DNA of 64,000 nt from an uncultured Christensenella sp. (lineage in GTDB: Bacteria; Bacillota; Clostridia; Christensenellales; UBA3700). This document shows, in pieces, positions 9,296 to 19,687 of this stretch. Each line of letters starts with the position of its first letter. Within the stretch, counting starts at the first letter, position 1. Both the position numbers and the translations under genes were made by a program. A model generated the notes under the pieces. The model did no database searches and was not told where the DNA came from. It worked only from the letters and a program-made list of their open reading frames with translations. The DNA is taken from contig CAJTYW010000006.1 of NCBI GenBank assembly GCA_910583995.1, forward strand, positions 17,989 to 81,988, in the 5' to 3' direction.

Positions 9296-9487
9296 TTATA
9301 TCTCTTTGAGTTTGGTCAACACCGTATCGTCTTGTATAATGACGTGAATATAGCGACCGCATTGCGGACACTTGATAAAAGTATCTGTACCGTTTTTGCC
9401 TTGCGTCAGCGTTGTTCTGCAATAAGGACAACAAGCATAAAAATAACCTTCAAGTACTCCTCTTGTTCATCTTTCGGTGCTGCCATT
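9296..9487 (-). pseudogene. small zinc-ribbon protein gene interrupted by a frameshift in a T5/A5 tract
   Basis: Hand translation gives ATG at 9487 then MAAPKDEQEEYLKVIF. One frame over it reads YACCPYCRTTLTQGKNGTDTFIKCPQCGRYIHVIIQDDTVLTKLKEI* (stop 9296-9298). One extra T in the homopolymer would join them into 63 aa. Confidence 0.35.
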
Positions 9488-9502
9488 TGTGACTCCTGCG
9501 TT

Positions 9503-10318
9503 TTAAGAAAGTATGCCTTTTCTGACCTCCACTTTAAAAAGACCTGCAAGCTCTTTAAGTTGACTATCCGTTATAGTGTTTAATCTCGGAAGGTGTGCCG
9601 TTTTCATAAATATCTCCGATGCCTTTTCCACCGTTTCTATAAGTCCGAAAGTTTCATCAAGAGTTTTACCTGCGCCATAAATACCATGCAAAGCCCATAC
9701 GACTACTCTTGCCAACTTCATCTTTTCCGCCGTTGCTATACCGATTTCATTTGTGCCACAAAGCATCCACGGCAAAACTTCCACTCCGTCGGGGAATACA
9801 ACGATACACTCCGTACTCATCTGCCAAAGCGTATGAGTAAACTTTTTTGTATCGAGTTCGTGAACATAAGTCATAGCAAGCAAGTTTGTCGGATGCGTGT
9901 GCATTACCACCCTGTTTTCTGGATCAACCTTTAATCTTTCAATATGGCTCATAAGATGTGCGGGCAATTCACTTGTAAATTTACCGCCGTCTACATAACC
10001 CCATAAGAGTTCTGCGTTTATCCCATCTTTTGCAATACGGAATAATCCAAGATTTGTTTCGGGATCGCCGTTTACATTCTTGAAATACTTGCCCGTTCCT
10101 GTTACGAGAAAATATTTGCCGACAAGCTCTTTTGCATTAAAACCGAGCGGAATGGTTCTCCGCACTTTCGTTATATCTATATGTTCGGCAACTTCTTCTT
10201 CGGGAATAAGGTAACTGATATTTCCGCCGTTACGCTCGTCCCAACCATGTTTGTACATATTGTCTGCCGTCGCCGCCAATTCTTTGACAAATCCGATGTT
10301 AGTAATTAGTTCTGCCAT
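9503..10318 (-). CDS. rhaD: rhamnulose-1-phosphate aldolase
   Basis: 271 aa with GWDERNGGNISY, and MHTHP and ALHGIYG metal-ligand contexts of the class II aldolase RhaD family. AGGAGG SD. Confidence 0.9.
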   Translation of the reverse strand: MAELITNIGFVKELAATADNMYKHGWDERNGGNISYLIPEEEVAEHIDITKVRRTIPLGFNAKELVGKYFLVTGTGKYFKNVNGDPETNLGLFRIAKDGINAELLWGYVDGGKFTSELPAHLMSHIERLKVDPENRVVMHTHPTNLLAMTYVHELDTKKFTHTLWQMSTECIVVFPDGVEVLPWMLCGTNEIGIATAEKMKLARVVVWALHGIYGAGKTLDETFGLIETVEKASEIFMKTAHLPRLNTITDSQLKELAGLFKVEVRKGILS

Positions 10319-10338
10319 AGCCGTTCGTTCCTCCTTTG

Positions 10339-11571
10339 CTATGCCCGTGCCTTTAAGACACTATCTTCATATTCTTGTATTTGTTTGTACCAATCTGCGC
10401 CCACAACTTTTTCACGATTCAAATACTCCGCCCATACCGCTTCAAACGGCAATGTTTTGAGTTCTTCCTGCATTATCATAAGCTCGGTAAAGTTGCTTTT
10501 ATCCTGTAATTCTCTTAACCGCTCGTTAGGCAATAACAACGCCCATAACAAGGCTTTCTGCATATTGCGCTGTCCGACAATCCACGCTGCAAGACGGTTG
10601 ATGCTTGCATCGAAATAATCAAGTCCTATAAGCACTTTATCCGTTGCATCATTTCTCACGATTTCCTTTGCTATCTCTTTCAGTTCGTCCTCGAACAGTA
10701 TAACGTGGTCACTATCCCAACGGACTCCCCTTGTAACGTGCAACGCAACTTTATCATAGAACGCCAAAAGCGCAGGAATTTTATCCGAAACGTATTCAAG
10801 CGGATGATAATGTCCGTTATCCAACAGACAGCAAATATCATTCTTCGCCGCATAGTTCTGATAAAACTCGTTACTGCCTACGGTGTAACTCTCAACGCCT
10901 ATTCCGAACACCTTGCTCTCTACTGCAACGATAACTTTCTTTCTATCGTAACCGCAGGACAATATTTCGTCCAACGATTTTTTGAGCCTTAATCTCGGCG
11001 TAAGTCTGTCGGCGGGAACGTCTTTGTAACCGTCGGGTATCCAAATATTCACAAGGCATTGCGTATTCATCTCGGTTGCAAAATACTCTGCAATCTTCAA
11101 ACAAGCCTTGCAATGCTCTACCCAAAACTTTCTGATGCTTTCGTCGGGCGATGATAAGGTAAGACCGTCTTTTACGTTTTTATGGCTGAACATTGTAGGG
11201 TTAAAGTCTATCCCCTGTAAGGCGATTTCCTTTGCAAAGTCCACCCAAGCCTTAAAATGTTTAGGTTCGTATTTATCACGGTCAATGTCTGAGCCTACTG
11301 CGTAGCTTGCGTGTAAGTTCAAACGCTTTTTACCCGGCATAAGTGCAAAGGCTTTTTTTATATCCGCTTTGAGTTCTTCAAAGTTTCTTGCTCTGCCCGG
11401 ATAGTTACCCGTTGTCTGTATGCCGCCCGAAGCGGTACCGCCGCCGTCGAGTCCTACGACGTCGTCCCCTTGCCAACAATGGATTGACACGGGAATATCT
11501 TTGAGTTTTGCAAGCGCAGCTTCGGTATCAACTCCGTATTCTGCGTATGTTTTCTTTGCGTATTCGTACAT
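10339..11571 (-). CDS. rhaA: L-rhamnose isomerase
   Basis: 410 aa with SIHCWQGDDV and overall RhaA-like sequence. Adjacent to rhaB and rhaD. Confidence 0.9.
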   Translation of the reverse strand: MYEYAKKTYAEYGVDTEAALAKLKDIPVSIHCWQGDDVVGLDGGGTASGGIQTTGNYPGRARNFEELKADIKKAFALMPGKKRLNLHASYAVGSDIDRDKYEPKHFKAWVDFAKEIALQGIDFNPTMFSHKNVKDGLTLSSPDESIRKFWVEHCKACLKIAEYFATEMNTQCLVNIWIPDGYKDVPADRLTPRLRLKKSLDEILSCGYDRKKVIVAVESKVFGIGVESYTVGSNEFYQNYAAKNDICCLLDNGHYHPLEYVSDKIPALLAFYDKVALHVTRGVRWDSDHVILFEDELKEIAKEIVRNDATDKVLIGLDYFDASINRLAAWIVGQRNMQKALLWALLLPNERLRELQDKSNFTELMIMQEELKTLPFEAVWAEYLNREKVVGADWYKQIQEYEDSVLKARA

Positions 11572-11572
11572 A

Positions 11573-12886
11573 TTAGTCCCTCGCTATTTGTATTTTCAGA
11601 TTCCCGATGGCCGTAGCTTCAATGGGAAGTGCTTTCACTTTTATTTTACAAACTTGTTCCGTCAATTCGTTTAGCAAGCCGTTCTTTGCTCCACCGCCCA
11701 CTATATAAAGCGCATCGAAGTCTTTGCCGCTGTTTGCTTTTAATTCGTCAAGCGCGTTTTTGTAACTTATCGCAAGACTGATAAATGCACAGCGGAAATA
11801 ATCGCTTTCGGTTTGCGGTTTGATAATCTCGTTTTCCAACCACTTATCAAACGCTTCTTTCATACTTTTGGGGGCAAGGAATAAGTTATCGTTTACATCA
11901 ACGTAATCGTTGAACATGCTTTGTTTTGATTCTTCCACGATTTGCGGAAAAGGCTTTTCGGGGCAAAGTTCGTCGCGCAGGCGATTAACTAACCACATCC
12001 CCATAATGTTCTTCTGATAGCGTGTATAGCCTATGCCACCCTCGTTTGAATAGTTTGCCTTACGGCTGTTTGCGTTTGTGATTGCATTAGGCACTTTCAG
12101 TCCCAACAGCGACCACGTTCCCGACGATATATACGGACTGTTTGTATCCATTGGTATGCCTTCAACGGCGCTTGCCGTATCATGGCTTGCACACAAAACA
12201 ACTTCTGTTTGCCCGCCTACCGCCCAAGCTATTTCGGGCTTTAACATACCTACGCTCGTTCCCGGCTGAAATAATTTCGTGAACAACCTTTTAGGCAAAC
12301 CGAGCTTTTCTATTATCTCTGAATCATATTCTTTTGTTTGAGTATTTACCAAGCCTGTCGTCGTAGCATTGGTGTACTCGTGCATCTTTACTCCTGTGAG
12401 CATATAGTTCAAGTATTCGGGTATCATTAGGAAATCCGATGCAAAATCCAACCGACCACGCCGATTATCTTCATAAAACTGATAAACAGAGTTAAACGAT
12501 TGAAACTGTATGCCCGTTCTGTTATAGAGTTCTTCAAAAGGAACAAGTTTGTGTACTTCATCAATGACTGCTTCCGTGCGATTATCACGATAAGCAAGGC
12601 AAGGCGTTAATTCGCCGCTATTAGTCATAAGAACATAGTCCACGCCCCAAGTATCTATGGCAAGGGATTTAATAGTCGAATACTTTTTGAACGCTGCTTT
12701 TATACCTTTTTTAACGTTTTCAAAAAGACTGCTTGTGTCCCAAACAAGGTGTTTGTTTTGCATTTTCATTCCGTTAGAGAAACGATACACCTCTTCAGTT
12801 TTTATTTCATTATTTTCGAGCCAACCGACTATATGCCGTCCGCTTGATGCTCCGATATCTATTGCTAAATAATAGTTCATAATCAT
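11573..12886 (-). CDS. rhaB: rhamnulokinase (FGGY family)
   Basis: 437 aa with N-terminal YLAIDIGASSGRH and C-terminal GGGAKN FGGY motifs. The start codon is ambiguous (12886 or 12880). Confidence 0.85.
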   Translation of the reverse strand: MIMNYYLAIDIGASSGRHIVGWLENNEIKTEEVYRFSNGMKMQNKHLVWDTSSLFENVKKGIKAAFKKYSTIKSLAIDTWGVDYVLMTNSGELTPCLAYRDNRTEAVIDEVHKLVPFEELYNRTGIQFQSFNSVYQFYEDNRRGRLDFASDFLMIPEYLNYMLTGVKMHEYTNATTTGLVNTQTKEYDSEIIEKLGLPKRLFTKLFQPGTSVGMLKPEIAWAVGGQTEVVLCASHDTASAVEGIPMDTNSPYISSGTWSLLGLKVPNAITNANSRKANYSNEGGIGYTRYQKNIMGMWLVNRLRDELCPEKPFPQIVEESKQSMFNDYVDVNDNLFLAPKSMKEAFDKWLENEIIKPQTESDYFRCAFISLAISYKNALDELKANSGKDFDALYIVGGGAKNGLLNELTEQVCKIKVKALPIEATAIGNLKIQIARD

Positions 12887-12972
12887 ATAAGTTCCGAATG
12901 TTTTACAAAATCCGCTGTTGATTTTGTTGTGGCAATCGGTATGTCATATACCGTTGCAATTCTCATTAGCGC

Positions 12973-13866
12973 TTATTTTTCGCTACGCATTACTCCATCT
13001 ACAAAATTCTTTGCTTGCATTAAAGCCTTTCTACTTTCTGGGAATGAAGGTATTACTTGAAAAGCGTGCATTTTTTTGTGATAAACCATAAGTTCGCTTT
13101 TTACTCCAAATTTCTGCAGTCTTTTATTAAGCTCTACCGAATCATCATATAAATATTCGCTGTCCGACACTCCAATAAATGCAGGTGAAAAACCAGTGAA
13201 ATCACCGAATAAAGGCGCGGCGAAAGGATTTCGTTCGTTATCGGTATTTATGAGATACGTCGATTTTACTTCTTCTAAAAACGTATTGCCTAAAATGCAA
13301 TCGGTTTTTACGTTTCTCTTATAAGACTGCAATATTTCCGTATATTGAACGGTAGGCGAAAACAACACTATGCAAGCGGGCAATTCCACTCTTTGCGTCT
13401 TTGCTTGCAATAATGTTGAAAGAACAAGATTGCCACCTGCGCTCTCGCCTATCACACATATATTTTTTGCACCGTGTTTTTTGACAAGCGTTTTATATGC
13501 TTTCAGACAGTCTTCTGCTCCGCAAGGGAAAGGGTATTCGGGGGCAAGTCTATATTCCACGCTGTAAACATTGTATCCGAACTTGTTTACAACATATCCC
13601 GTAAATGCCCGCCTTGCCGCAGGCGATCCGCCGACAAAACCACCGCCATGAATATACATCCATACCTTGTCCATCGAGTTGCCCTCTTTTGAAAGATATT
13701 CCCCAACAAAGCCGCCGCTTGGAATTTTCTCTACCTTTACTTTTCTCGGCGCAGAAGATTGAATTTCTTTATTGCGCCGCCCGACGTAATCAGGCGGACA
13801 ATTTTTATCGAATTCGACTTTGCCCTTGTTCACGATTTTGCAAGCTATAAAATGCAACAAACTCAT
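12973..13866 (-). CDS. alpha/beta hydrolase, HGGG-type esterase (carbohydrate/acetyl esterase candidate)
   Basis: 297 aa with the oxyanion motif IHGGGFVGG and the nucleophile elbow GESAGG. It overlaps the upstream gene by 4 nt. Confidence 0.75.
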   Translation of the reverse strand: MSLLHFIACKIVNKGKVEFDKNCPPDYVGRRNKEIQSSAPRKVKVEKIPSGGFVGEYLSKEGNSMDKVWMYIHGGGFVGGSPAARRAFTGYVVNKFGYNVYSVEYRLAPEYPFPCGAEDCLKAYKTLVKKHGAKNICVIGESAGGNLVLSTLLQAKTQRVELPACIVLFSPTVQYTEILQSYKRNVKTDCILGNTFLEEVKSTYLINTDNERNPFAAPLFGDFTGFSPAFIGVSDSEYLYDDSVELNKRLQKFGVKSELMVYHKKMHAFQVIPSFPESRKALMQAKNFVDGVMRSEK

Positions 13867-14675
13867 CTTAATTCCTCCGCAAAATTTTTAACTTCCGATA
13901 TGAAGTTTCTGCAATAGTCGGCTTGCAATGCTACCGCGCTTTTCCGTAGCCAATAGCATTTTTTCGCAAGAGTCCCTGCATAGTGCATTTCGATAAAGCC
14001 GTGAACAGCCTTTTCGTACTCTTTCATCTCTACCGAAACGCCGCTCTTTTTTAATAGCTCATAAAAACCTATTCCGTCCACACGCAAACAGTCGTTGCCC
14101 GCTGTAATGATGAGCGTGCGCGGCATCTTACTTGCCTGTTCTTTATTCATAAGCAAAGGACTTGCCGTAATAAGTTCTCTCGTTCCTTTGCCCTTGAAAT
14201 ACTTTTTTGCCATATAGTTCAAGAATAACTTTGGTATTCCGAATGCCTTTTTAGGACGATTTACTGAACGAACGTCAAGCCACGGATAGTTGAGAATTTG
14301 AGCACACACATACTCTCTCATCTGCATACTTACTACAACTACCGCATTTGCGCCCGCACTATGTCCAATCGGAATTATCTTTGAACGGTCAAAGTCAAGT
14401 TTTGCATTTCCGATTAAATACTTTAATGCGTCGCAACAGTCATCCGTTGCCGTAGGATATGTAAATTTTGTCGCATGACGGTAATCAACAGACGCCACGT
14501 TTACGCCGCACTCGTTACAAAGTGTTTCACAAAGGTGAATATCGTCGCTTGCAGTTCCGCCATAGTATCCGCCTCCGTGTATTTCCAACAACAGCGGCGA
14601 ATTGATATTTTTCGCTTCAAAATATAAAATTTTAATTTTACCGCCGTCGTGGGTAACACATGTCAATTCCGTCAT
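13863..14675 (-). CDS. alpha/beta hydrolase, HGGG-type esterase
   Basis: 270 aa with IHGGGYYGG and GHSAGA. It overlaps the GH78 gene by 4 nt. Confidence 0.75.
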   Translation of the reverse strand: MTELTCVTHDGGKIKILYFEAKNINSPLLLEIHGGGYYGGTASDDIHLCETLCNECGVNVASVDYRHATKFTYPTATDDCCDALKYLIGNAKLDFDRSKIIPIGHSAGANAVVVVSMQMREYVCAQILNYPWLDVRSVNRPKKAFGIPKLFLNYMAKKYFKGKGTRELITASPLLMNKEQASKMPRTLIITAGNDCLRVDGIGFYELLKKSGVSVEMKEYEKAVHGFIEMHYAGTLAKKCYWLRKSAVALQADYCRNFISEVKNFAEELR

Positions 14676-17215
14676 AATTCGTAAGTCCCTGCTCCAACCG
14701 TCTGCGTTCCGTTCGGCAATTCGATAGTTGCCGTAGTGTTGGCGGGTACGGTAATCGTATATTTAACCTTATCGCCGTTTCTTACCCACTTGCTTGACAC
14801 TTTACCGAATATGCTGTCGTACTCACATTCGGCGTGAGTTATGCTGCCGCCGACTTTCGGTGCAATAATAAATTTTCTCTCTCCGGCGACTTTAATTCCG
14901 CACATACTGTCAAACAGCCATTCGCAGACGGCACCCTTACTGTAATGGTCGAGCGACGCTACGCCTCCTTGCGCTTCCGTTCCTTCCCAACTCTCCCAAA
15001 TAGTGTTTGCCCCCATTTTCGGCATAAATAACCAACCGGGCATTTCCTCGTTTTCAAGAAGCCTGTAAGCATACTCAATGTTTATATCTGCCAGAACGTA
15101 GAGTATAAACGGAGTTGACAAAAAGCCCGTACCCAAACGCCAGCCGTAGTTATCAAGCGCCTTTATCAAACGCTTTTTTGCATATTCCGTTTGCTTGTCG
15201 TTCAAAAGTTTAAGATACAGCGGACGCACGAGTTTCGCCTGTCTGTCCGTATCCATACCGTGTTTCTTTGTCTCTACAAGTTTTTGGTAGCCTATTGTTG
15301 TTCTGTCGGCATACTTTTTGAAGTATTGCGCGTCTTCCGCTTTACCGAGTAAGTCGGCGATTTTTTTCATATGTTCAAGCATATAAACGATATACGCCGT
15401 AGTTTCTTCGGGATGAGGACTTACAAAGTCGGATATAGCAAACGCCTTGACATCAACGGGTTCAGCCCATTCGCCGTAAGACTGACCGTAATTGGATATC
15501 ATTTTACGGTATTTACGCTTTAATCCCGTAGGCACACTCGTAAAATAATGCTTGCCGAGTGTCTTTATCTTGTACATTGCAAATCGGCGCATAGCATCGT
15601 AGTTATTCTCCAAAATACGTTTATCTCCGTACTTTTCGTAAATACGGTAAGGTATCAGTACGCCCGCATCCGACCAACCGGGAGAACCATCCATTACGTT
15701 CATATAAAAGTCGATACCGCCCATAGGCGTAATCTGACGGAAATTACCATTCTTTCTCTGCCCGTCGCACATATCCGCAACATATTTTCTTGCCATAGCT
15801 GCATAATCGACGAAATAGCTTGCCGTATTACAAAAAATCTGCGCATCGCCCGACCAACCATGACGTTCCCTCGTAGGACAGTCGGTTGGAACGTCGGCGT
15901 GATTGTTTCTCGTTGACCACCGTGTACACTCGACTAATTTATTAATCAGTTCATGCGAACAGTTAAATTTAATCGTGTCTTGCATATCCGAATAAACGGC
16001 AATCGCAGTAAAATCTTCGGGTTGCCAAGCAATATCCGTTTCAATTAATACGTACTGAAAACCAAAAATTGCGAACTTCGTTTTATACTCGTTTACGCCC
16101 TCTTCTGCCGTATAAACAACCTGCTGTAAAGGCGTAACCTTCGTGCGCTTTTTATTGGCGCATTGAATATTCTTTTGGGTAAATTCGCCTTCTTTGTCGA
16201 ACATTTCCCCAAAGCGAAGTTTAATTATTTGCCCCTTTCGAGCTTTTAACGAAAATGCGATATAACCCGCGATATTCTGTCCGAAATTGAGAACGGTTGC
16301 TCCCTTCGGGGTTTTAATAACCGTAGGCTTAAACGTTTCGTGTTCGGTTAAAGGCACATTGTTGGAAGCGGAAGGAATTACTTCTTGCTTCGTTAATTTA
16401 GCCTTCCGATTGTAAGAAGGCATACGGTAAGCCTCCACGATCTCACCGTCTTTATTGTCGGCAAAGCGAATCGCGCCGTCATTGCTCCAATCCCAAGTTT
16501 CATCAGATATAATACGGCTAATATTCCCGTCTTGCCCCGTAATCTCTAACTGTGCCAAAAACTTCGTTTGCTTACCATATTGGTTTTTCCGTCCCCAAGC
16601 GCCGCAACTGCCTCTATACCAACCGTCGGCAAGCTCAACCGTAAAATCGTTCTTGCCGCTTACAACGGCTTCTGTTACGTCGTAAACCTGAAGCTGTACG
16701 CGCTTTCTATAATCGGTATGTCCCGGGGCAAGACAAAACTCTCCTATTTTCTTACCATTGAGTTTTGCCTCGTATAAGCCGCAAGCCGTTATGTATAATC
16801 TTGCTTTTTGGACACAAAAAGCGTTAAACGTTTTTCTGAAACAGTCCACGGGATAACGTTTTTTCTTATTTACGCCGTAATTTCCGCATATCCATTTCGC
16901 TTTGAAATCGGAACTACTCAACAAACCCATTTCAAAAAATGCGTCTGCTTTTTCACCCTCTTCGTCGTGTTCGTTCCATACCGTAACAGCCCATTCCACA
17001 CGCTGACGGGAAACAAGTTTCGGCAGATAGTCCGCATACATCTCATCTGACAAAACCTTGCCGCTGTCCCAAACGGGTTTTCCGTCGGTTACGGCGATAA
17101 TACGGTATGCACTTTGCCTTTTACCGCCCTCGCACGTCCACATTAAACGCGGATTTTGTATATCTATCCCGATAGGATTAATTAAATATTCCGTTTTTAG
17201 ATTGATTGCCTTCAT
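14672..17215 (-). CDS. alpha-L-rhamnosidase (GH78)
   Basis: 847 aa. The N-terminus INLKTEYLINPIGIDIQNPRLMW is the typical start of bacterial GH78 enzymes, and length and context fit. GGAGG SD. Confidence 0.85.
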   Translation of the reverse strand: MKAINLKTEYLINPIGIDIQNPRLMWTCEGGKRQSAYRIIAVTDGKPVWDSGKVLSDEMYADYLPKLVSRQRVEWAVTVWNEHDEEGEKADAFFEMGLLSSSDFKAKWICGNYGVNKKKRYPVDCFRKTFNAFCVQKARLYITACGLYEAKLNGKKIGEFCLAPGHTDYRKRVQLQVYDVTEAVVSGKNDFTVELADGWYRGSCGAWGRKNQYGKQTKFLAQLEITGQDGNISRIISDETWDWSNDGAIRFADNKDGEIVEAYRMPSYNRKAKLTKQEVIPSASNNVPLTEHETFKPTVIKTPKGATVLNFGQNIAGYIAFSLKARKGQIIKLRFGEMFDKEGEFTQKNIQCANKKRTKVTPLQQVVYTAEEGVNEYKTKFAIFGFQYVLIETDIAWQPEDFTAIAVYSDMQDTIKFNCSHELINKLVECTRWSTRNNHADVPTDCPTRERHGWSGDAQIFCNTASYFVDYAAMARKYVADMCDGQRKNGNFRQITPMGGIDFYMNVMDGSPGWSDAGVLIPYRIYEKYGDKRILENNYDAMRRFAMYKIKTLGKHYFTSVPTGLKRKYRKMISNYGQSYGEWAEPVDVKAFAISDFVSPHPEETTAYIVYMLEHMKKIADLLGKAEDAQYFKKYADRTTIGYQKLVETKKHGMDTDRQAKLVRPLYLKLLNDKQTEYAKKRLIKALDNYGWRLGTGFLSTPFILYVLADINIEYAYRLLENEEMPGWLFMPKMGANTIWESWEGTEAQGGVASLDHYSKGAVCEWLFDSMCGIKVAGERKFIIAPKVGGSITHAECEYDSIFGKVSSKWVRNGDKVKYTITVPANTTATIELPNGTQTVGAGTYEL

Positions 17216-17248
17216 ATCGGTCCTCCAATAAAATTTTTTATAACAATA

Positions 17249-19687
17249 CTATGAGTTCAGCTTTTTGCACAAATTCAAAATCCTACTCGCACACTTTTGT
17301 ACCGTAGCTTTTGCAACTTTCCCCGATTTAACTGCTTTTAACAACTCTTTATGCTGAAACTTATCTCCTGCCATAATTAAATCGTTTTCGGCGCAAATAG
17401 TTTCTCCCGCTACCGCTTGATCTTTTGCGACGCTTTGCCAATCGGTCATTACAACTCCGTTAAACCCGAATTCGCAACGTAGTATGTTTGTAATAAGGTC
17501 ATACGAACTGTTAACGTATGTACCGTTTACTTTATTGTAACTTGACATAACGCATTTCGGCTTTGCTTTTCTTACCGTTAGTTTGAACGCTTTAAGATAA
17601 ATCTCTCTTAACGCACGCTCATTAACTTCGCTGGACGATTTCATACGATTATCTTCCTGATTGTTACAGCAAAAATGTTTAATAGTGACTGCACAACGTT
17701 CATTACTCTGAACGCCCAACGTCAATGCGCTTGCCATTTCTGCGGTAAGCATAGGATCTTCGGAATAATATTCGTAATTTCTTCCGCAAAGAGGATGCCG
17801 TTGTATATTCATACCGGGCGCCAACCATATCCCTACTTTATATTGTTGCATTTCGCACGAGACAGCTATTCCGATTTTCCTAATTAATTCGGGCGAAAAC
17901 GTTTGCGCTTGCACCGTTGCGCTCGGCCATGCCGTACAATACTGATAAACAAGCTGCGCCTTTTTACTTGTTTTACTCCATAAGCGGTCTAAAAATCTAA
18001 ACAGTTTTTTAGCTTTCACTAAGTCCTGTGGCAATTTGCCGCCTGTTTTAATCTTGCCGTTGGGTTCAACGGCGTATTTCATCGAAATTCTTATTCCTGC
18101 AGGACCATCCGCCATAACGATGGGATGATATCCATATTTTTTACAAACCTTTGTGTCTATTTGTCCGCTTGCGCCGACAACGCCGGGTATTCCGCCGCTC
18201 ATCAAAGTTGGATCTCCAACACACAGACAAGTTAATTCTTTGGCGTTCATTTTTTTCGTTTCGGGCAAAATATCCACTTTGGGAGCATCGTAATTATTTT
18301 GAACAAACTGTATCGCATTTTCGTCCAAATGCAGAATATCGCCTACGGGTTCTTCTTCCCCAAACCGAACAGGTGCAGCAATTTCTTCAACTCTGCATTG
18401 TGCCAATTCAATCGGTTTGCATTTTTCTACAATAAATTCCTTATCGACCACAATAGTTGCGACTGGCATTGTATTACGAGAAGAGTTACCGACTCTGACG
18501 ATATAATTACCTTTTTCTAAAATGAAACAGGAACGCGTTTCGTCGTATGCGGCAAAATCTTTTAATTCAAACCCCAACGTTACCGTTCCGCATTCTCCAA
18601 CCGCTATCAAATCGGTTTTTGCAAAGGCGGCTAACTGCTGATATTCGCGTTTGATTTTTCCCGACGGGCAAGATAAATATATTTGAACGACCTCTTTACC
18701 CGCCGTTTTTCCTATATTTTCAACTTGTGCTTTTACCGTAACTTCCCCGCCCGATAATTCCGCCTTCGCTTTTATTTCAAATTCGGTATAGGAAAGCCCG
18801 TATCCGAAAGCATATTTAGGCTTGATATCGAATGTGTCAAAATATCTGTATCCGACGTAAATACCGTCTTTATAAAGCTCTCTGTCTGTGTTTCCGTCCA
18901 AATAACTGAACGAATCAGAGCAAGGAAGGTCTTGTAAATTTTTAGCCCAAGTTGCAGCAAGCTTTCCACAAAAATTTTGTTTTCCCAATAACAAATGCGC
19001 TAAAGCCAAACCTCCGTTTTGCCCTGCCTGCCCCATAAACACGACTGCGCCGAGCTTCATTTCGTGCAAAGGATTTAAGTCAATACATGCACCCGTATTG
19101 AGAACAAGTATGGTGTTTTTATAATGCTCCGAAATGAATTTAAGGTCGCGGATTTCTTTATCGTCAAAATTGTACTCGCCTTTCTTAACACGCCTATCCA
19201 TACCTTCGCCCGCCTGTCGTGTCAAAACGTAAAGTGCAGTATCCGTATCGGAATCTGCAACGTCGCGCTCGGTTATATCGCGTCCCGTGGGATAAACGAT
19301 AGGAAGCGCAATCGCATTCATCAAATCCCAAAATTGAAAAACATTATATTTTTTTGCTATTTGCTTGATTTTGGCATCGCGCTCCTCTTCACCGCGGTGC
19401 ATTTGTTCGTCACAAGCGTCCAACCACATCTTTGACGTAACCTGTAATCCGCACGACTCCAATCCTTCTTCGACAGAAACACTGTGACGGTTATTCACCT
19501 CCCCGCTTCCGGTACCGCATTTTGCCGTATGCCTTGCACCCGCGCCGAACAACGCTATTTTTTTACATTGCAACGGCAACGCGCCGTTATTTTCAAGCAA
19601 TACGATTCCTTCACAGGCGACTTCCAACGATAATTCCGAATTTCGTTGTTCCAGCTCGGAAACTGCTTCATTAAACTTATCGGTCAT
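17249..19687 (-). CDS. GH3 beta-glucosidase with reversed (circularly permuted) domain order
   Basis: 812 aa. The alpha/beta-sandwich domain (GIVLLENNGALPL, GQAGQNGG) and Fn3-like domain (EVVQIYLSCPSG) come first. The TIM-barrel domain (MADGPAGIRIS, KHFCCNNQE, nucleophile context VVMTDWQS) comes last. Confidence 0.85.
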   Translation of the reverse strand: MTDKFNEAVSELEQRNSELSLEVACEGIVLLENNGALPLQCKKIALFGAGARHTAKCGTGSGEVNNRHSVSVEEGLESCGLQVTSKMWLDACDEQMHRGEEERDAKIKQIAKKYNVFQFWDLMNAIALPIVYPTGRDITERDVADSDTDTALYVLTRQAGEGMDRRVKKGEYNFDDKEIRDLKFISEHYKNTILVLNTGACIDLNPLHEMKLGAVVFMGQAGQNGGLALAHLLLGKQNFCGKLAATWAKNLQDLPCSDSFSYLDGNTDRELYKDGIYVGYRYFDTFDIKPKYAFGYGLSYTEFEIKAKAELSGGEVTVKAQVENIGKTAGKEVVQIYLSCPSGKIKREYQQLAAFAKTDLIAVGECGTVTLGFELKDFAAYDETRSCFILEKGNYIVRVGNSSRNTMPVATIVVDKEFIVEKCKPIELAQCRVEEIAAPVRFGEEEPVGDILHLDENAIQFVQNNYDAPKVDILPETKKMNAKELTCLCVGDPTLMSGGIPGVVGASGQIDTKVCKKYGYHPIVMADGPAGIRISMKYAVEPNGKIKTGGKLPQDLVKAKKLFRFLDRLWSKTSKKAQLVYQYCTAWPSATVQAQTFSPELIRKIGIAVSCEMQQYKVGIWLAPGMNIQRHPLCGRNYEYYSEDPMLTAEMASALTLGVQSNERCAVTIKHFCCNNQEDNRMKSSSEVNERALREIYLKAFKLTVRKAKPKCVMSSYNKVNGTYVNSSYDLITNILRCEFGFNGVVMTDWQSVAKDQAVAGETICAENDLIMAGDKFQHKELLKAVKSGKVAKATVQKCASRILNLCKKLNS

